A DNA stretch of 63,448 bases, filler included, from Asterionella formosa (Eukaryota): assembly GCA_002256025.1 (NCBI GenBank). It is 10 parts of 10 records of this genome, joined end to end, with 100 filler letters (N's around TTAATTAATTAA, not from the genome) between each part and the next. Parts side by side here need not be neighbours in the genome. Positions count along the whole stretch, not along the records: positions 18,343 to 36,570 come from NKIB01004143.1; 9 more parts are not named here. The stretch is one strand, 5' to 3'. Below are positions 22,725-36,670 of this stretch, piece by piece; the first letter of the stretch is position 1; each line of letters opens with the position of its first letter. The position numbers and the translations under genes were made by a program. The notes beneath the pieces were generated by a model. The model searched no databases, was not told the origin of the DNA, and saw nothing but the letters and a program-made list of their open reading frames with translations.

Positions 22725-25700
22725 GTTGGAATGTTATTATGAATGTGAAGAACAGCTTTTAAGGACTAGTACACAGACAAAAACAACAACACGTAGCGAC
22801 ATGTATGTCACACCATAGAAGCATACGATCGCGAGCAGGTCGTGCGAACAGGAACAGGACAAGATAACACAGCCAAAGGAATTGTATTTTTAGCACTGTA
22901 CTGTAGAGTACATATAATAACAACAGCACATAAATCTCTCCTCGCGTACATGTCTGGATGATACTACCGGTATGCTACGGTAACAACATTTACCTAGTAC
23001 CAGGTCCCGGTACCTGGAAGGTCTGGTGAATGAGATATTTAGCTGTATCTTTTTTGTTTTTGAAGTACCAAACTTGTTTTTGTGGACATTCTTCCTGGTA
23101 CGTTTATTTCAAGTTGCAATAAATGAGCACGAGGTAGTAGTAATGGGTACCTGGTACCAGGGTACCAGTACCTGCAAGTTGCAGTAATTCTACCGAAACT
23201 GGAACACGGCGCCAACAGGCACTCGAATTCGACTCCTCTGGTAAGAATATCATTAGATGATAGACATTCAGAAATTTCCAATGGTTTTGTGCTGGCCAAT
23301 AAATTTCAATATTATCAAAATCTAATTTTGAAGAATGATTTTCTGAGAAAACCAGTTTCCAAACCTTGCTACAATTGGGTTTTTTCCTCCCAATCACAAT
23401 TCTGACTGTCAAGATTCCTTATTCCAGAAATCTCCTCATTTATATGCATTTCATACTAGTACCAGTATGAATGAACAGAAATGCAAAAAGCTGCAGTACA
23501 TACCAGTTTGCATCATATGAACATACTGGTACACAACATGCATGATGTTCTATATACTGTACATACATAGATCATAATGATACAATTGCTCATCTCATGA
23601 ACTTGGGAAATTTCTCATTACTATGAAAACAGACCATGATAAAATGATTTTAATTTTCGATTTTCACAACTGGCTGCTTATCACTTTTATTAGTTTCTGA
23701 GATAGAATACACATGTCATTAGCAAGTAGCTAGTAAAAGAAATGTTCACTTAATAGCTTTTGATATTAATTACGAATTAGCTAGCTAAAATAGAAAATTG
23801 GCAAAAGCAAATGGTGCTCAACTGCAATGACAATAAATCCATGATTTCTTGCCAGATCAAAACCCGAGTAGTTTGTACACAACCATTGTACATCAAGTAG
23901 ACATATACTACAACATCAGTAGTAGTAGCTGAAAACAACAATTGATGTATAATTCGTGATTTATCTGTTTACAATAGACATATCATCATTGTCATGATGT
24001 TGCCACTACTACTATGACTGGTGGTATGGTACCAGCAAACGTCATTTTCCAAGAAAAAATACATGCTTGTAGAACACATAACAAAAAGCATGTTCTGTAT
24101 AGACATATATTGAATTGTACTCATCAGTTCAGAACACAGACAGTACGAGAGTACTATGAATAGTTGATATGTATGTATACAGGGATGGTGATGCAGGCAG
24201 AGAGTATGTATATTATACATATAGTTACCGCAATACTTATTCCAGAACATGTACACTCATCAGCAGGGGCCGCCAAACATATTCTTTGATCGCTCTGTGC
24301 GCGCATCTGACCCTGTCTGAATCTAGCTCTCTGGTAAACCCCCCAATTTTTTTGGATTGGTGGGTTTTCAATGGGGATGAGTTTGACCCTAAAATAGCTA
24401 GTTCCTGCCAAAACGAATTCTAGCACAATAGCATTCAAATTTTCATGCCACGAATGAAAGATAACAACCGTTATCAGAGTTACCCAGATTAAAAAATTTA
24501 GTATAAAGTGATTGATATAAATTTCTTTCATTTTATATCTTATCCATGACCTTCTTAATAATCATTCTGTAAATAAACATGCGTCTGCAAATAAAAAGTA
24601 TCTTGCTTATAGGATCAAGGGTATCTTAAGCTAAGGAGCACAGGATTTTCGTATATATGATAATTTTTGGATCAAAACTATGATCAAGGTATCCTATAAC
24701 TATGATGATTTATTAATATTTTTACCGACCTTGAAGTATAATGATAATAGGAACATTATCATCACACAATGTATATCAACTGATCAACAATATTTCTCAT
24801 CAACATCATAAACCTTCTCATATTATTTTCAATTCTCGTGATCGCTTAATGTAAATTATTACTACAACGCATCCTAAAATCAGCTCAACTCTATACTATC
24901 ATTTCAATTGTTTCATCGTAAATATATCGTAAACATGATCATAATTCTAATCACAAGCATTGTTAAAAATAGATTGAAATGGATCGTAATTCAACTATCC
25001 AGTTTAGCAATGCTATCTATTATTCTACATGCCAGCAACCCAATGTTTCTCTCTCTACTCGGGTCAATGTATATTGTTCCTGCCTCGCCCTTTTCTTCCT
25101 CTTTTCTGAATATTGTGCCAAACAATGCCTTACTAATGTTGCGTCTCTCTCCCTGCTGTTAGTGTCATTCTGAACTCGCCGACTATTCCGTTGTTTGATC
25201 GGTTTTATTTTCCTATACAGTTACAGTAACAATGAGAAGGAATGACTTGTTAGATAGACATGTTACACTGACACAACATCACGCCATTCCATTGTATCCT
25301 CTCACTTGCTTCACTTACCACAGCCAAATCAAAGCAAGTGATGTATAAGGCTGTAATAGTAAATTGTCAGTAAATTCTTGAATAAGTAAGTTTCAGGTTT
25401 CCAATGTTGCCGAATAAAACTTACCGGTTCATTTTCGTTAGCTTAACTTTGAGAGAAGGTAAAGTGGCATGTCCGTCAGTTATGTTCCATCAGAAGTGAA
25501 TAGGTCCAACGACAAGAGCACTTACCAATTTTGTTTTATTTTACATTGGTGCTCCCCAACAAGCGAAACGAGCTGTTGAATCAACTGAGAAAAAAAGAAC
25601 TGAAAAAAAAAGGAAATCTGCATTTAGTTTACAATTTGTTGTTGTCCTACCTCCCAACGATTTTCATCCAAGTACCACATGGATGGCTTCATTACCTTAA

Positions 25701-26333
25701 ACCTACTCCATCCTTCGAAGGCGCAATGTGTCGAGGCCACAATGTTTTTCATTATTGCGTAAACTTTCCTTTTTTTTCTTGTCATGTGCTTTACTACGAT
25801 ATTTCTTTTCATGAAGCAGGCATTGTTTGTTAACATGACAGAATGATTTCAAATGCATATATTTGCCATGTATATAGTTATAAAATTTGTAAATATATAA
25901 ATATATCAAGTGTTGTACCTTTATAAAAATCAAAGGCACTCTCAATATGGCATGTCTGGTAGCTATTGTTGAGATGATCATATTCGCATATAGATAATTC
26001 GAAAATATTCAATGCACAATATGTCCATTGTTTTCCACAACCTCGTGTACCGGTACTGTTTTTTAGAAATTTGTTTGCATCAATATTTTCTACGTCCGTT
26101 GGAACTTATTATTTAGACCATTCAATTGGTCGTGTACTAAGTCATAACCCATTTGTATCATTATTTATATGCAAGGATTTTGGTAGCAGATTGTTTAAGC
26201 CCCTTTTTTGGGCGGGAGTTCTTCATGTGAACCGGTACATCATACAACAATAACATTTTATCATATATATACAGAGTACCAGGTACCAGTAGCAGGTAGG
26301 AAGTGATATACTGGGGGTAGTCAGAGTACCAGG

Positions 26334-26337
<4 letters not shown>

Positions 26338-26367
<30 letters not shown>

Positions 26368-26685
26368 CAGAACACCATATGTTTATGACTGTTGCTACTG
26401 CAGTGGGACAGTAAATCATCATAGTTTCAGGATCGTATGATCATAAAATTGAAAAAGGATAGTCGGAGTAGAAAGCGAGCAACAGAGCACAATATGTTCA
26501 TGATAGCTGCTACTGCAGCGGGACTGTAAATCATCATAGTTTCAGGATCATATGATCGTATAATTGAAAGAGGGTGGTCGGAGTAGTAAGCGAGCAACAG
26601 AACATCATATGTTCATGACTGCTGCTACTGCAGCGTGACAGTAATTCATCATAGTTTCAGGATTGTATAATCGTATAATTGAAAA
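26338..26685. repeat. (GCAA)n microsatellite followed by a 115-bp tandem repeat (about 2.8 copies)
   Basis: GCAACAG unit starts at 26364, 26479 and 26594; shared core GCTACTGCAG...ATCATAGTTTCAGGAT. Confidence 0.9.
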
Positions 26686-27033
26686 CAAGATATGCTATTA
26701 CTCAAACTCGGTTCTGATTTTGTACATGATAATGTAAATAGCACTGTTGGTTTTATGGTATCAGATCTAGACAGTGTAAAATTTTATATGTAGTGGCTGA
26801 TGATTCATTTCATTGTAGCTAGCAACACCTGTTTTTAAGATCATCGAACTTTAAGGAAGCAAGACAACGACAACAGTTATCTAGTAGTACAAGCAATGTC
26901 TTCAAAAAACCATAAAGAGGTTCATGGAAACAAGCGACATGTGGCAAATACTGCCGCTATGTAACACAGAAGCAAGAACCAAAATGAGTTAACAAAGAAA
27001 AAGCGAATATGCGATTATCCAAAGCAACCCAAT

Positions 27034-27475
27034 TTGCGACAGGGAGTTAGTGGGGGTACTACCCCATCGTCAATGGGAGCACCATCAGCTACTAGTACAA
27101 AGGATCCCGTAATTGATACTGAAAGCGATGATGACATTTCTTTTTCAGTTGTTGATAAAAGAAAAATGGCTCCTTTCGATGATACCATTAATAGCTCCCG
27201 GATGCAGATGGACAACATGGTACCATATCATATATATTCTAATCGCACGGACCAACAAGTACATGAAAAACTGAAGGAAAAACATTTTGCACTTGCCAAA
27301 GGATATTATCAATTGGTCAATGAACTCAATCACTGCAAAGGTCGTAATTCGGTTCAAAACTCGTCCATACGAGGTTATCAAGACTCTTCAATTTCAGCAG
27401 CCTTATCAGAACGTCGTTCCTGATTACTGCTTAGCTAAAATTGAACCGATCCATCAATTGTCACAAAGGATGTGA
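27034..27475 (+). pseudogene. Frameshifted ORF relic inside the TIR element (unknown, probably TE accessory gene)
   Basis: Two overlapping protein-like ORFs with a disordered acidic N-terminus. No family recognised. Confidence 0.35.
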
Positions 27476-28449
27476 GTTTTATTTTCAAGACCAAGAAGTT
27501 TTGATGTGAACATGTAAGTTTGAGGTTATAGTTCGCGAATTTTCAGGTACTGTAAAACAGGTATCAATCTAATGTGCTTTTTTCTGGTCCCAAAAGAGAA
27601 TCAAACATCCCTCCCTATCTGGTCCAAGTAGTATGAAAGGCATTTCTAATCACAAACAGGACTGGTTTGCCCGATGTTGCCGAACTCGGCTATACACAGT
27701 GAAACCGGAGTTAGGCAAAGAATTGGAGAGTGACCCACGTCTGCAAATATAAACCATCATAATCCTATGATACATCATAGGATTGTTATGATCATCTGAT
27801 CATAACTTTTTGTTATATCATCTAATAATTTTGATAAATGCCCTCGTAATTTAAATAGTGGCCCTTTTGACTATGGAAATTTAATTATTATATGCATTGT
27901 TTCTTTTAGGTTCCTTTATTCAAATTTCTCGGTAGGATAATGTACCAGTTAAAGTAATGTGGTTTGGCTCATCATCCACGCCAGTCCTCACTCTGATTCT
28001 TGCAACAAGCAAGAACAAAGCAGCCATGTCGAGAGGAACGAGTGTTTGTGATAAAATATTCATTTGTCGTTCAAGTCATCATATGTCTTCGATGAATCAT
28101 CATCTACATTGCACAGTATGTTCAAATGCAATCCGTTAAGAGCTTGAAAAAAAATCCAATGAAAACGAAATGGCTCATCACACAAGACGATTATTTCCGG
28201 TCTGTCACTAGAGCATCAATCAGTGTTACAACCTCAATCATATCTAAACCGCAATCCATTATAGAACAGCACAATCTGCTTCTCTGTAGTAACATTGTCT
28301 CTCTAACAAGAATGTTATACATCTAGAATTGAAAAGCAGCATAGCAGGTGATATGAACAAAGAAGCATGAGACTGTCTATTTATAGTAACAAAGTGATTC
28401 TGGTTTCGTAATATTCATGTCTGATCAGATTTCCTTTTTCATGGTACTA

Positions 28450-29610
28450 GTTCCTTACCTTTGGAGACAGGAGCGTATTCTTTGATGTATCTGGAATATT
28501 TCAATGGATGGCAGCAGTTGGATTTAGACACAAACCTCGACAGATTTGTAGATGTTCATGAAAAATGAGACACTTTGGCCTATCAACCACCAGCCAGTCT
28601 ATACTGCAATAATGCAAGAAGCAGAAGTTGAATGCCCATTTATGGATTCAAGTTTCAGTAGTGCAACAATGTAAAATATTAGAAACCGGAACTCACATTT
28701 CATCTAATTACGGTTTTCATTAGTGATACTAGCTAGTATTGATTGAGAGGAAGCAAAGGTAGAATGGCTGCCAAACGGGCGGGCGGGGCAAACACAGAGA
28801 ATTCTACTAATTTTTCTCCCCAATGATCCCAGACTCTTCTTGAATGTCACTTGCAACAGAAAATTGTTGCTTGCTGTATGGCGCCACTGACCAAAACCTC
28901 CAGAAATCTCAATGAGTTGCTTGTTTCTTGACTTGAATGCAAAAGGGATCGAAACCAGTGGGAAAATGAATAGGGAACTAAAAATGCTCTGCAAACATCA
29001 GGACAATTGCGAAAGAGAAATGAAGGTTCTTGGGAGGAGAAGGAAAGGGATAATTGCTTCTGGTCTTGCGGGAACAAGAATGGATTGACCCAAACAATGT
29101 TGACAAATAGGTACCTATGGGAAAAGGAAGCAATGCTTTCGGCATCATCAATCTATACACAAGCCTGCGCCACCTGCCATCAATATAGCTACCTTGATTC
29201 CTTGCTTCTTCATCAATGAAGAAGACAATGAGTGGAGCATGTGAGGAAAATCGGGGTTGAGGTTTTCTTGACGCCAACTTGCTTGGCTGAACTTGCAGAT
29301 GAAGGCATTGAGTAGTAAGCTGGGCCTGTAAAGCCAAAGGATAAAGAAAAATCTACGACAAGGGTGGTGAGATAGTGTTTAGGTGGGGAGCAAAAGTTAT
29401 CATAGCTGAATGCATTCGAAACTCGTATAGAAAATAAATGGTGGCATACCATGGCTGCTTTTGGCTGACAGTTGCCAAGTCAAGTACAAACACAATGAGG
29501 GTGCACAAAAGACAGTCCAATTTTAATCGACTGTCTGATACTTAGTTGTGAGGCTCACCATTCTACAATGGGGTGGACTTTGATCATTGCTTCATTCGAA
29601 GCACAATCAA
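28450..29610 (+). pseudogene. Degenerate DDE (Tc1/IS630-like) transposase
   Basis: Remnant motifs WMAAVGFRHKP..FVDVHEK, TPTCLAELADEGIE-SWACK (compare TPKCHCELAGEGIEYSWGCAK at 41.7 kb) and C-terminal VDFDHCFI. Many stops and frameshifts. Confidence 0.7.
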
Positions 29611-30637
29611 TTCGAATGCTGTTCAGTGAAACAGCCAATGAAAAAAATTGTGGTGGCGAAAAAGCGCAGAACAGATGAAGAGATTTCATAGGAATTAAAA
29701 TAACAACAGCAGGGCATATATGATGCACTGCTCATGACTCCTACTGGTATATACAATGTGGAATTGATGACCACCAGACTACCAATCCTATAGGTCCTGT
29801 AGAATTATCAAAACATGGCTGCATATCTAATGAAAGGGCGGGAGGAGTCATCCATGCTGCACCTGTATTGTATGAAATATGGAAATGATCAAATATAGCT
29901 AGTCTACACAAGGGCGATAATTCTTACAAGAAATATAAAGTTGGTAGCTTGGGGGCTATCACTTCCATACTGTATACAGCGGGGGAAGGGGTTGAATGCA
30001 TGAGCAACTACTCCGGTAAAAACTATGATCTTTAATCAAAAAAATTTGATTTGTTTATCCTATGCCTTTGATCATAATATATTGATCATATGATAAACGG
30101 TGTCGTTGATGAGAAAATGAACGATCTAAATTTATTTTCAAGAATCAGGATTTCTTGATCTTAAAAATAAGATCAAATGATCCTAAACACATTAGCATTT
30201 TCAGTTTTCCGCTGCACTATTTTGGAAGTAATTTCCAGCAAGTATACAGTACTACCGGTAGGCCATATGAATTTTGGTCAATATGTCTATATACATAAAT
30301 GTATGATTTCGACCATTTGAAAAATTGGTGATGACTCCCGTTTATTAAGGGGCTTAATTAAATCAGCCACTGACTTGTAGGTACAAGAATTATCACAAAA
30401 AAATTGAAAAAATTCAACAGGTCATGGAAAACCATGAACTCATCATGCGTTGTATATATTTGAATTATGTATAATCAATGTATAATCAAAATTGATGTTA
30501 GTATACACAGAATGTGCCGTATAATGCTGAGCGTGTTTAAAACTATGCAAATGTTCAGCTATATATACATTTAAACTTAAAAATCTTTATGTAGATGTAT
30601 TCATGGCTGAAACATTTGAAATCATGTTTTCATGTTC

Positions 30638-30923
30638 CTTGTCATGCATACACTTTGCTCCTGAAATGAAGGATCATCACAAATGATGACGTGGAAAACG
30701 AAAGTGATAATACAGCACAATGATACTTGTGGCTTAGAAGAGAAGGGCGGAATCAATTGATGGTAAGCCAAGAGGAAATGCCTTTCATGTACCTTGTCAT
30801 GCATCCACTTCCTGAAATGAAGGATCTAAAGCAACACATGATGCGAAAAACTGAAGTGACAATACAGCACGATGATACACCATGCGACTAAGAATGAGTG
30901 AATATGATGGAGGGCGGAATCAA
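30638..30923. repeat. Diverged tandem duplication, period about 155 bp
   Basis: CTTGTCATGCAT...CCTGAAATGAAGGATC...AATACAGCAC.ATGATAC...AGGGCGGAATCAA occurs twice. Confidence 0.8.
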
Positions 30924-33922
30924 CAAGCTGTGCATAGCATCACGATTTGTCAAGAGCAAATGCCACGATGATCAATTGCTGGGATAAAAAATACAGAATG
31001 ACTTGTCTCCTTTCAGTGATTCAATAGCTCCTTTTCGATTTGGTGGCTGGCCAACCATCAATGTGGACAAAAGAAATCGGTAAGTGCTATCATCTTTGGA
31101 TCATGTGTTGCTTCTTTCAAGATAATGGTAGACAAACAGTATTTGTAAGTTACAAACAGCAGTGTTGGAGCCCATTTATTAATCGATACTTTCTCATTCA
31201 ATCTTCAACTGACACGCACATTATTTTACAGAAATATGCATCAGTTACTTCCTCAATTCGTGGTAAGTGAAGATAGAAGCGAAATGCATGTTGTTGTGTA
31301 GCAAAACATGAACAGCTAACAACGAATTGCTTCACTTTGTTAGTATGGCTGATTGGAACAACGAAACGGATTCAATAGTAATAGGAAAATGCGTGAATTC
31401 AAACTCAGATCCGTCAGGAGTAAATGGAACAAAGCAGGGGAACAACGGCAAGGGAACCAGTACTACTACAACAACCTTCAGAATTGGATTGGGGGGGATG
31501 TGGAAGTGAACGCTGAAGCACCAATCATTGCGATGAGAGCATTGTAGAACATTCTGTAGCCACTCAAGATATAGAAACATAAAACCATTCTTAAATATAG
31601 TTCTGAATTTCGATCAATTTCATCCTATTTTAGACAGTGATATCGATGAGAATTATGATCATGCTAAGATAGATATATGACAAAAGTATAAACATCATAT
31701 GACCATGTTTAACTAATTATATGATGCAATGGTATTAAAACTATGATAGCATCATCATACTTCAAGCTCGGTAAAAGTTTACTGCATGATCATAATTATA
31801 TGATACATTGATCATATTTTTGATCGAAAACCTATCATATATGTAAACATTCTGTGCCACTTAGCGTATGATACCCTTGATCCTATATTCATGATAGTTT
31901 TTATTTACAGAAGCAGAGCTTGCCGATTTCATATGGAATGGTTCTGATGCACTACTTCCGATGAATCAGACCATTGAATGTACCAACAAGAAGGCACATT
32001 TAGATTACATCAAATCAACATTTGGCGGCATGTGCATTAAAAAGTTGAGCGAGTGAATGTCAGAATGTATTGAATAATCAATTTAAAGGAGCGAATCTTA
32101 GGTAAGTTCTTGCAGGGCGGGAGATGCTCTGAAAGCATGATGTTTTGAGTTGGTGATTATATTCTTACCATCTATGTTTCAATTTCAAAATGCTAACATA
32201 ATTCATGACACACCAGCTGGTCTAACAGAATATAACTTCCAGACTATGGATATTGATGACTTTATTAGGTGGGCGTTCACGCTTTATCGTTTTGCGCCGT
32301 CAAAGGACATTGACAGGGGAAGCCAAGGATACCAAGTCTGGCGTGATGTTCTTGCTCCAGTGTATTTTATAGGCAGGACAAGCCGTGGAGAACCATTTTT
32401 AACAGGAGACAAATCTGGTGTGACAAAATTTCAACTAAGTCTTCGGGCACAATGTGAATTGCAATCAAAGTTTTGTTGGTTCGCTGATCAATGCCAGTAC
32501 AGAAGCCTTTTATTTCTTGGTACTGAAAGGAAAATTCCGATTGCAACATAAATATTTGGGCTTCAATCCAGATACGCATGAAATTTCAGAGAACGATATT
32601 TGTCATTCTAGTACTGATATTGTCGACATTGGTGGGAAACCACTTATCAAAAAAAGTGTGAGGGAAGAAAGGTCAGTTTCAAATGCCATAGTCTCACTGA
32701 TCAATTACTGATGATTTACTCGGTTATTATAAGGAAATCTACATGGACTTTCACAAAAGAATCGATCTGAATATGGAAGGAATCCTGGTGGAATTGCTAC
32801 TTCCACAACAAATATCATCTAGTACCCACACTCATACTTTTCATTTCCCAATGTAAGTGAAGAGGATATGCATCAATATGTTGAACACTTCAACCAAATG
32901 TTCCTGAGAAGAATATTGATTACAATGAACGCATTATTCAACGGGAAATTGATGACGATGTTGATTTTGAATGGATCTAATAGAATCCAATACATGCTTA
33001 GTACCGTAGTTACATAATAAATATAGTAAGTGTGAGACTTCTACAAAGCACAAACCATATCATAGATGTTAGGAAAACATTTATGCTGCTCCATACTACT
33101 AGTAGTGGCGCCCTACTGCATGTAGCGGTATACCTCCATTTTTACTATTACTATGGTGGAGTGATAATTTCACGACTCTGTATTGTCTGAGTTCTTCTTC
33201 ATTATCAGTGATTTCAGGATAATGAGGAGCAAAATACGACACTGGATGGAACCGTGACTCTGTAGGAATAGAGTCTCATTCCGCAAAGAACAACTGTTTG
33301 GGTTTCCTCTTCGAAAGCAATCTTTCCTTCTTTTCAATCTCCTCTGCCACTATTGTATTGGCATACTTCATTATTTTTTCTGGAGTATTAAATTTAAAAA
33401 ATGAAAACATACATCATTGGATAAAATCAAATAAAGTATTGGTAATATAGATGATATTCTAATGTAGATGTACAATAGAACAAGGGTGTTTGAAATATTC
33501 AAACATATAACTACAACTACATATACAGTTGGCTAAATTTTATTGGGACTCGTGGGTACATCTTCATTCTCATGCACGCTAAATGAAATGAATAAATAAC
33601 ACACAGATAAACAGTTTATAACCGCTACTGATCAATTTACCTGCTCCAGATTTGTTGAAGTATCCCGGTCTGGTAAAATCATCACGCCAGCCACACTGTT
33701 CTAATATTTATTAATATTGACTCATAAATATAACCGCAAGTAATCGTATAAATACAGTAATTGAGTACCAACAACTCAAGTCAAGCTCATCACTTCTCTT
33801 TGAATTTCAATTGCTCTTCTCATGATCACGAAATACTTATTGTATTTACAACACCATCGTCGATTTACGTTAGTTACATCCTATGTTGTGTATTTGTTTT
33901 CTGATAATTTTCGGATTGTTAT

Positions 33923-34598
33923 GATTCCAAGAGGGATAACAGCCCCTTATCTCCAGAAATGAGGTCCTAAGCATATTTGAAAATAGATCATACCCCTAAG
34001 ACGAGCAATGACTGTATCTAAGCATATGCAAAGGGGTCATGTTGGTGAAAGCTACTTTTTCCTTTAACTATTTTAATAAGTTGTACATACTGTGTAGATT
34101 GAAGAACATCGTAAAATATGTTGAAAAAACAGAGCTCGCGATGGGTAACTGCGGGGCTGCAACCGTAATTCAAAAATTTAAATGGACACTCAAATCATGG
34201 TAATGAATAGTAGAAAACTCCCTGTTCAATGCCATTTTTACAACCCTAGCGACATTTTCTCCAAACTAGGGTTAAGACGGGGCCACAACCTTGAGCACCA
34301 AACGTTTATTTGCTTTCAACTTGATCACCAAACGCTTGTTTACTTTGAACTTAAGGTTGCGGCCCCACAGTTACACATCACTATGTCTGTTTTTTCCAAA
34401 ATAATTTTATTATGTACTTCAATCCACACAGTACGAGCAACGAAATAAAATAGTTAAAGGTAAAATTAGCTTTCACCAATATGACCGCTTTGCATATGCT
34501 TAGATACAGTCATGGGTCAACAAAGGGGTATGATCTATAAACAGATATGGTAAGGACCTCATTTCTGGAGAGAAGTGGCAGTTATCTCTCTTGGAATC
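33923..34598. repeat. Long imperfect inverted repeat (arms about 240 bp: 33923-34164 and 34355-34598)
   Basis: GATTCCAAGAG...CTCCAGAAATGAGGTCCT...ATGACTGTATCTAAGCATATGCAAAG...GGGGCTGCAACC is mirrored on the other arm. Confidence 0.88.
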
Positions 34599-35307
34599 GT
34601 AACTATCCAAAAAATAGTCAAAAAAGGGGGCCATCAAGCTTTTAAAAAATCCACGAGCGATAACTGCCGCTTCTCTGCAGAAGTTAACTCCTGACGTTAT
34701 ACAGAGTACATGGCTATCTGTTTCATTCTTCATGAAACCCCGTAGGTGTAGAGCAATCCTCCTCTAAAGAGTCGACCCGATCGGCTTTTTCAACGGTCGC
34801 CAAAATATTGGAATCAGAATTTGTACGTGCAAAAACGTTTACGTCACCAATAATATTGTTTACTACTGATACCTGGTGCTCCGAGTACCGAAATACCGTT
34901 ACTCTGGGACTCCGGTACCAGGTACCAGGGTACTGATTTACATACCGGTACCTGGTATTTACCTTTGTGCGTGTAGGGATATTGAAACTACAAACAGTAA
35001 CGTAGATTCATTATCAACGTATAAACAAGAGGCATGAGCATAGATGTTGGCATACTCCTAATTTATATGTGTGTTTTGGCGTTGAGCAAAATTATGTCTA
35101 CATACAGCAACGTAGAAAAAGGATAAACGTTTAAATATCATATTTAAAAAAAGGAACTCTATCAATCTGGTCCCGATTCCTATTAATTCGAATATTCAAA
35201 TGGACACTCGAATCATGAGAATTCATAGTAGGAAACTCCCTGTTCCACACCGTTTTTACAACCCTAGCGATATTTTCCCCGAACTATGTTAAGCCGGGGC
35301 CGCAACC
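34355..35307 (+). mobile_element. Non-autonomous TIR element, possibly Kolobok-like (12-bp TIR GGTTGCGGCCCC, preceded by TTAA)
   Basis: TTAA|GGTTGCGGCCCC at 34355 and GGGGCCGCAACC ending at 35307. The right-end block (35186-35307) is repeated at about 34167-34290. Confidence 0.55.
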
Positions 35308-36570
35308 ACCAAACGCTTATTCACTTTTGGTTTAGCAAGGGTCAAGAGCACAAACCCAGCCACCACGGAAGCGTGCCAGCCCTTGCAAGACGCGCTCTCT
35401 CATACCGGTACGAAGTTCTTTATGATTAGAAAAAAGTATTAATTCCCCAATATAATTGCCGTTTGACGTTTTTAGCACCCTTTCCCGTATGTCTCAGGTA
35501 TGACTGCTAATCCCACTGCTGATGGCTGTTGTTCTTTACCTGGTGTAGTACTGTACTACAGGGGTGGAGGTGGTGGGCGCGCCTCCTCCTCTGCCTGCAA
35601 TGACAGGCTGGGTGCGGTAACTTCCCTGACTGGTGTCGTTGCAATGCTGCTGTCCATTCTTGTTTGCTGTTATGCTTCTTTATGATACGTGAACTTACGG
35701 CATGCTGGCATGCTGCTTGATCTTGGCGCGTGTTTCTGTCTGTGGCGCGTCCAATTCGCTCGACTTCAGTGCTCAACTGAACCCCGTTTTTATTCCTGCT
35801 TTGCAATATGGGAATCTCGTATCTTGAACATCGAGACTCCATAAAATTTCGGAAGATAAGCTCCATTTCACAAATTTTGTGCACAATTCCCGGTGCTTAA
35901 CTTCCGGTATTTACGGTAAAAAGTGATATACCGGTAGTATAGAGTGGTAAGAGTATTCATTCTTCATAACAACTGTCCGTACGTTTTATATTTACTTGGA
36001 AATTCCGGTAAAACAAGATTTTAATGAGTATGAAAGTGTTCCAGATGTGCACATAGCTCGTTGTAAAGTCTGAAACTTGGAGATGGCATTAAATCTAATC
36101 CTTCTTTCACACTTGGCTGTTGCACCTGAAAAAGCCTATAAATTCAACACAAGCATCATTTATTGCATCACCATAATCCTAAATGTCACGTTTTTAGTAA
36201 TGTGATTTCAATTGTGATGAGTGAATGATTACTCTGAATCAATATTTTTCTGTAAATGATCCTAGTTTGAACTAGGGGATAAAATATCCTAGTATGAACT
36301 AGGGGATAAAATGCAGCAAGCATCCTTCTAACTAGCTGGTAGCCTATGGTGAGTCAATATGCATATATATTAATTTCAACTTTAAAAGGGTTAGACCCCA
36401 TCAGGTTGTGTTGAACGTCACCAAAAGATCAAGGTTGTTGCTGAGATGAATGTTTGGATTCTGGCATAATTGTCTACCTGCCTTATTCAACCTCGAGTAT
36501 TGTGTGATATTGTTTTTGGTAGATCCTAGACTGCTGCCAAAAAAACCCAAGAAGTTGTCAACCTGAACAT

Positions 36571-36670
36571 NNNNNNNNNNNNNNNNNNNNNNNNNNNNNN
36601 NNNNNNNNNNNNNNTTAATTAATTAANNNNNNNNNNNNNNNNNNNNNNNNNNNNNNNNNNNNNNNNNNNN
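36571..36670. other. Artificial contig linker
   Basis: N44-TTAATTAATTAA-N44. Confidence 0.97.

Larger units (their letters stand above)
24582..31913 (+). mobile_element. Decayed 7.3-kb TIR DNA transposon (IS630/Tc1/mariner-like) with nested repeats
   Basis: The left end CGTCTGCAAATAAAAA...AGGATCAAGGGTATC...GCACAGGATTTT is mirrored by the diverged inverted end ...CTGTGCCACTTAGCGTATGATACCCTTGATCCTA...TTTATTTACAGAAG on the same contig. A transposase relic lies between them. Confidence 0.55.

Noticed and set aside
26364..26685. CRISPR-like array (also considered for 61963-62140)
   Set aside because: Units are wholly repeated with no unique spacers, there are no cas genes, and the context is eukaryotic.
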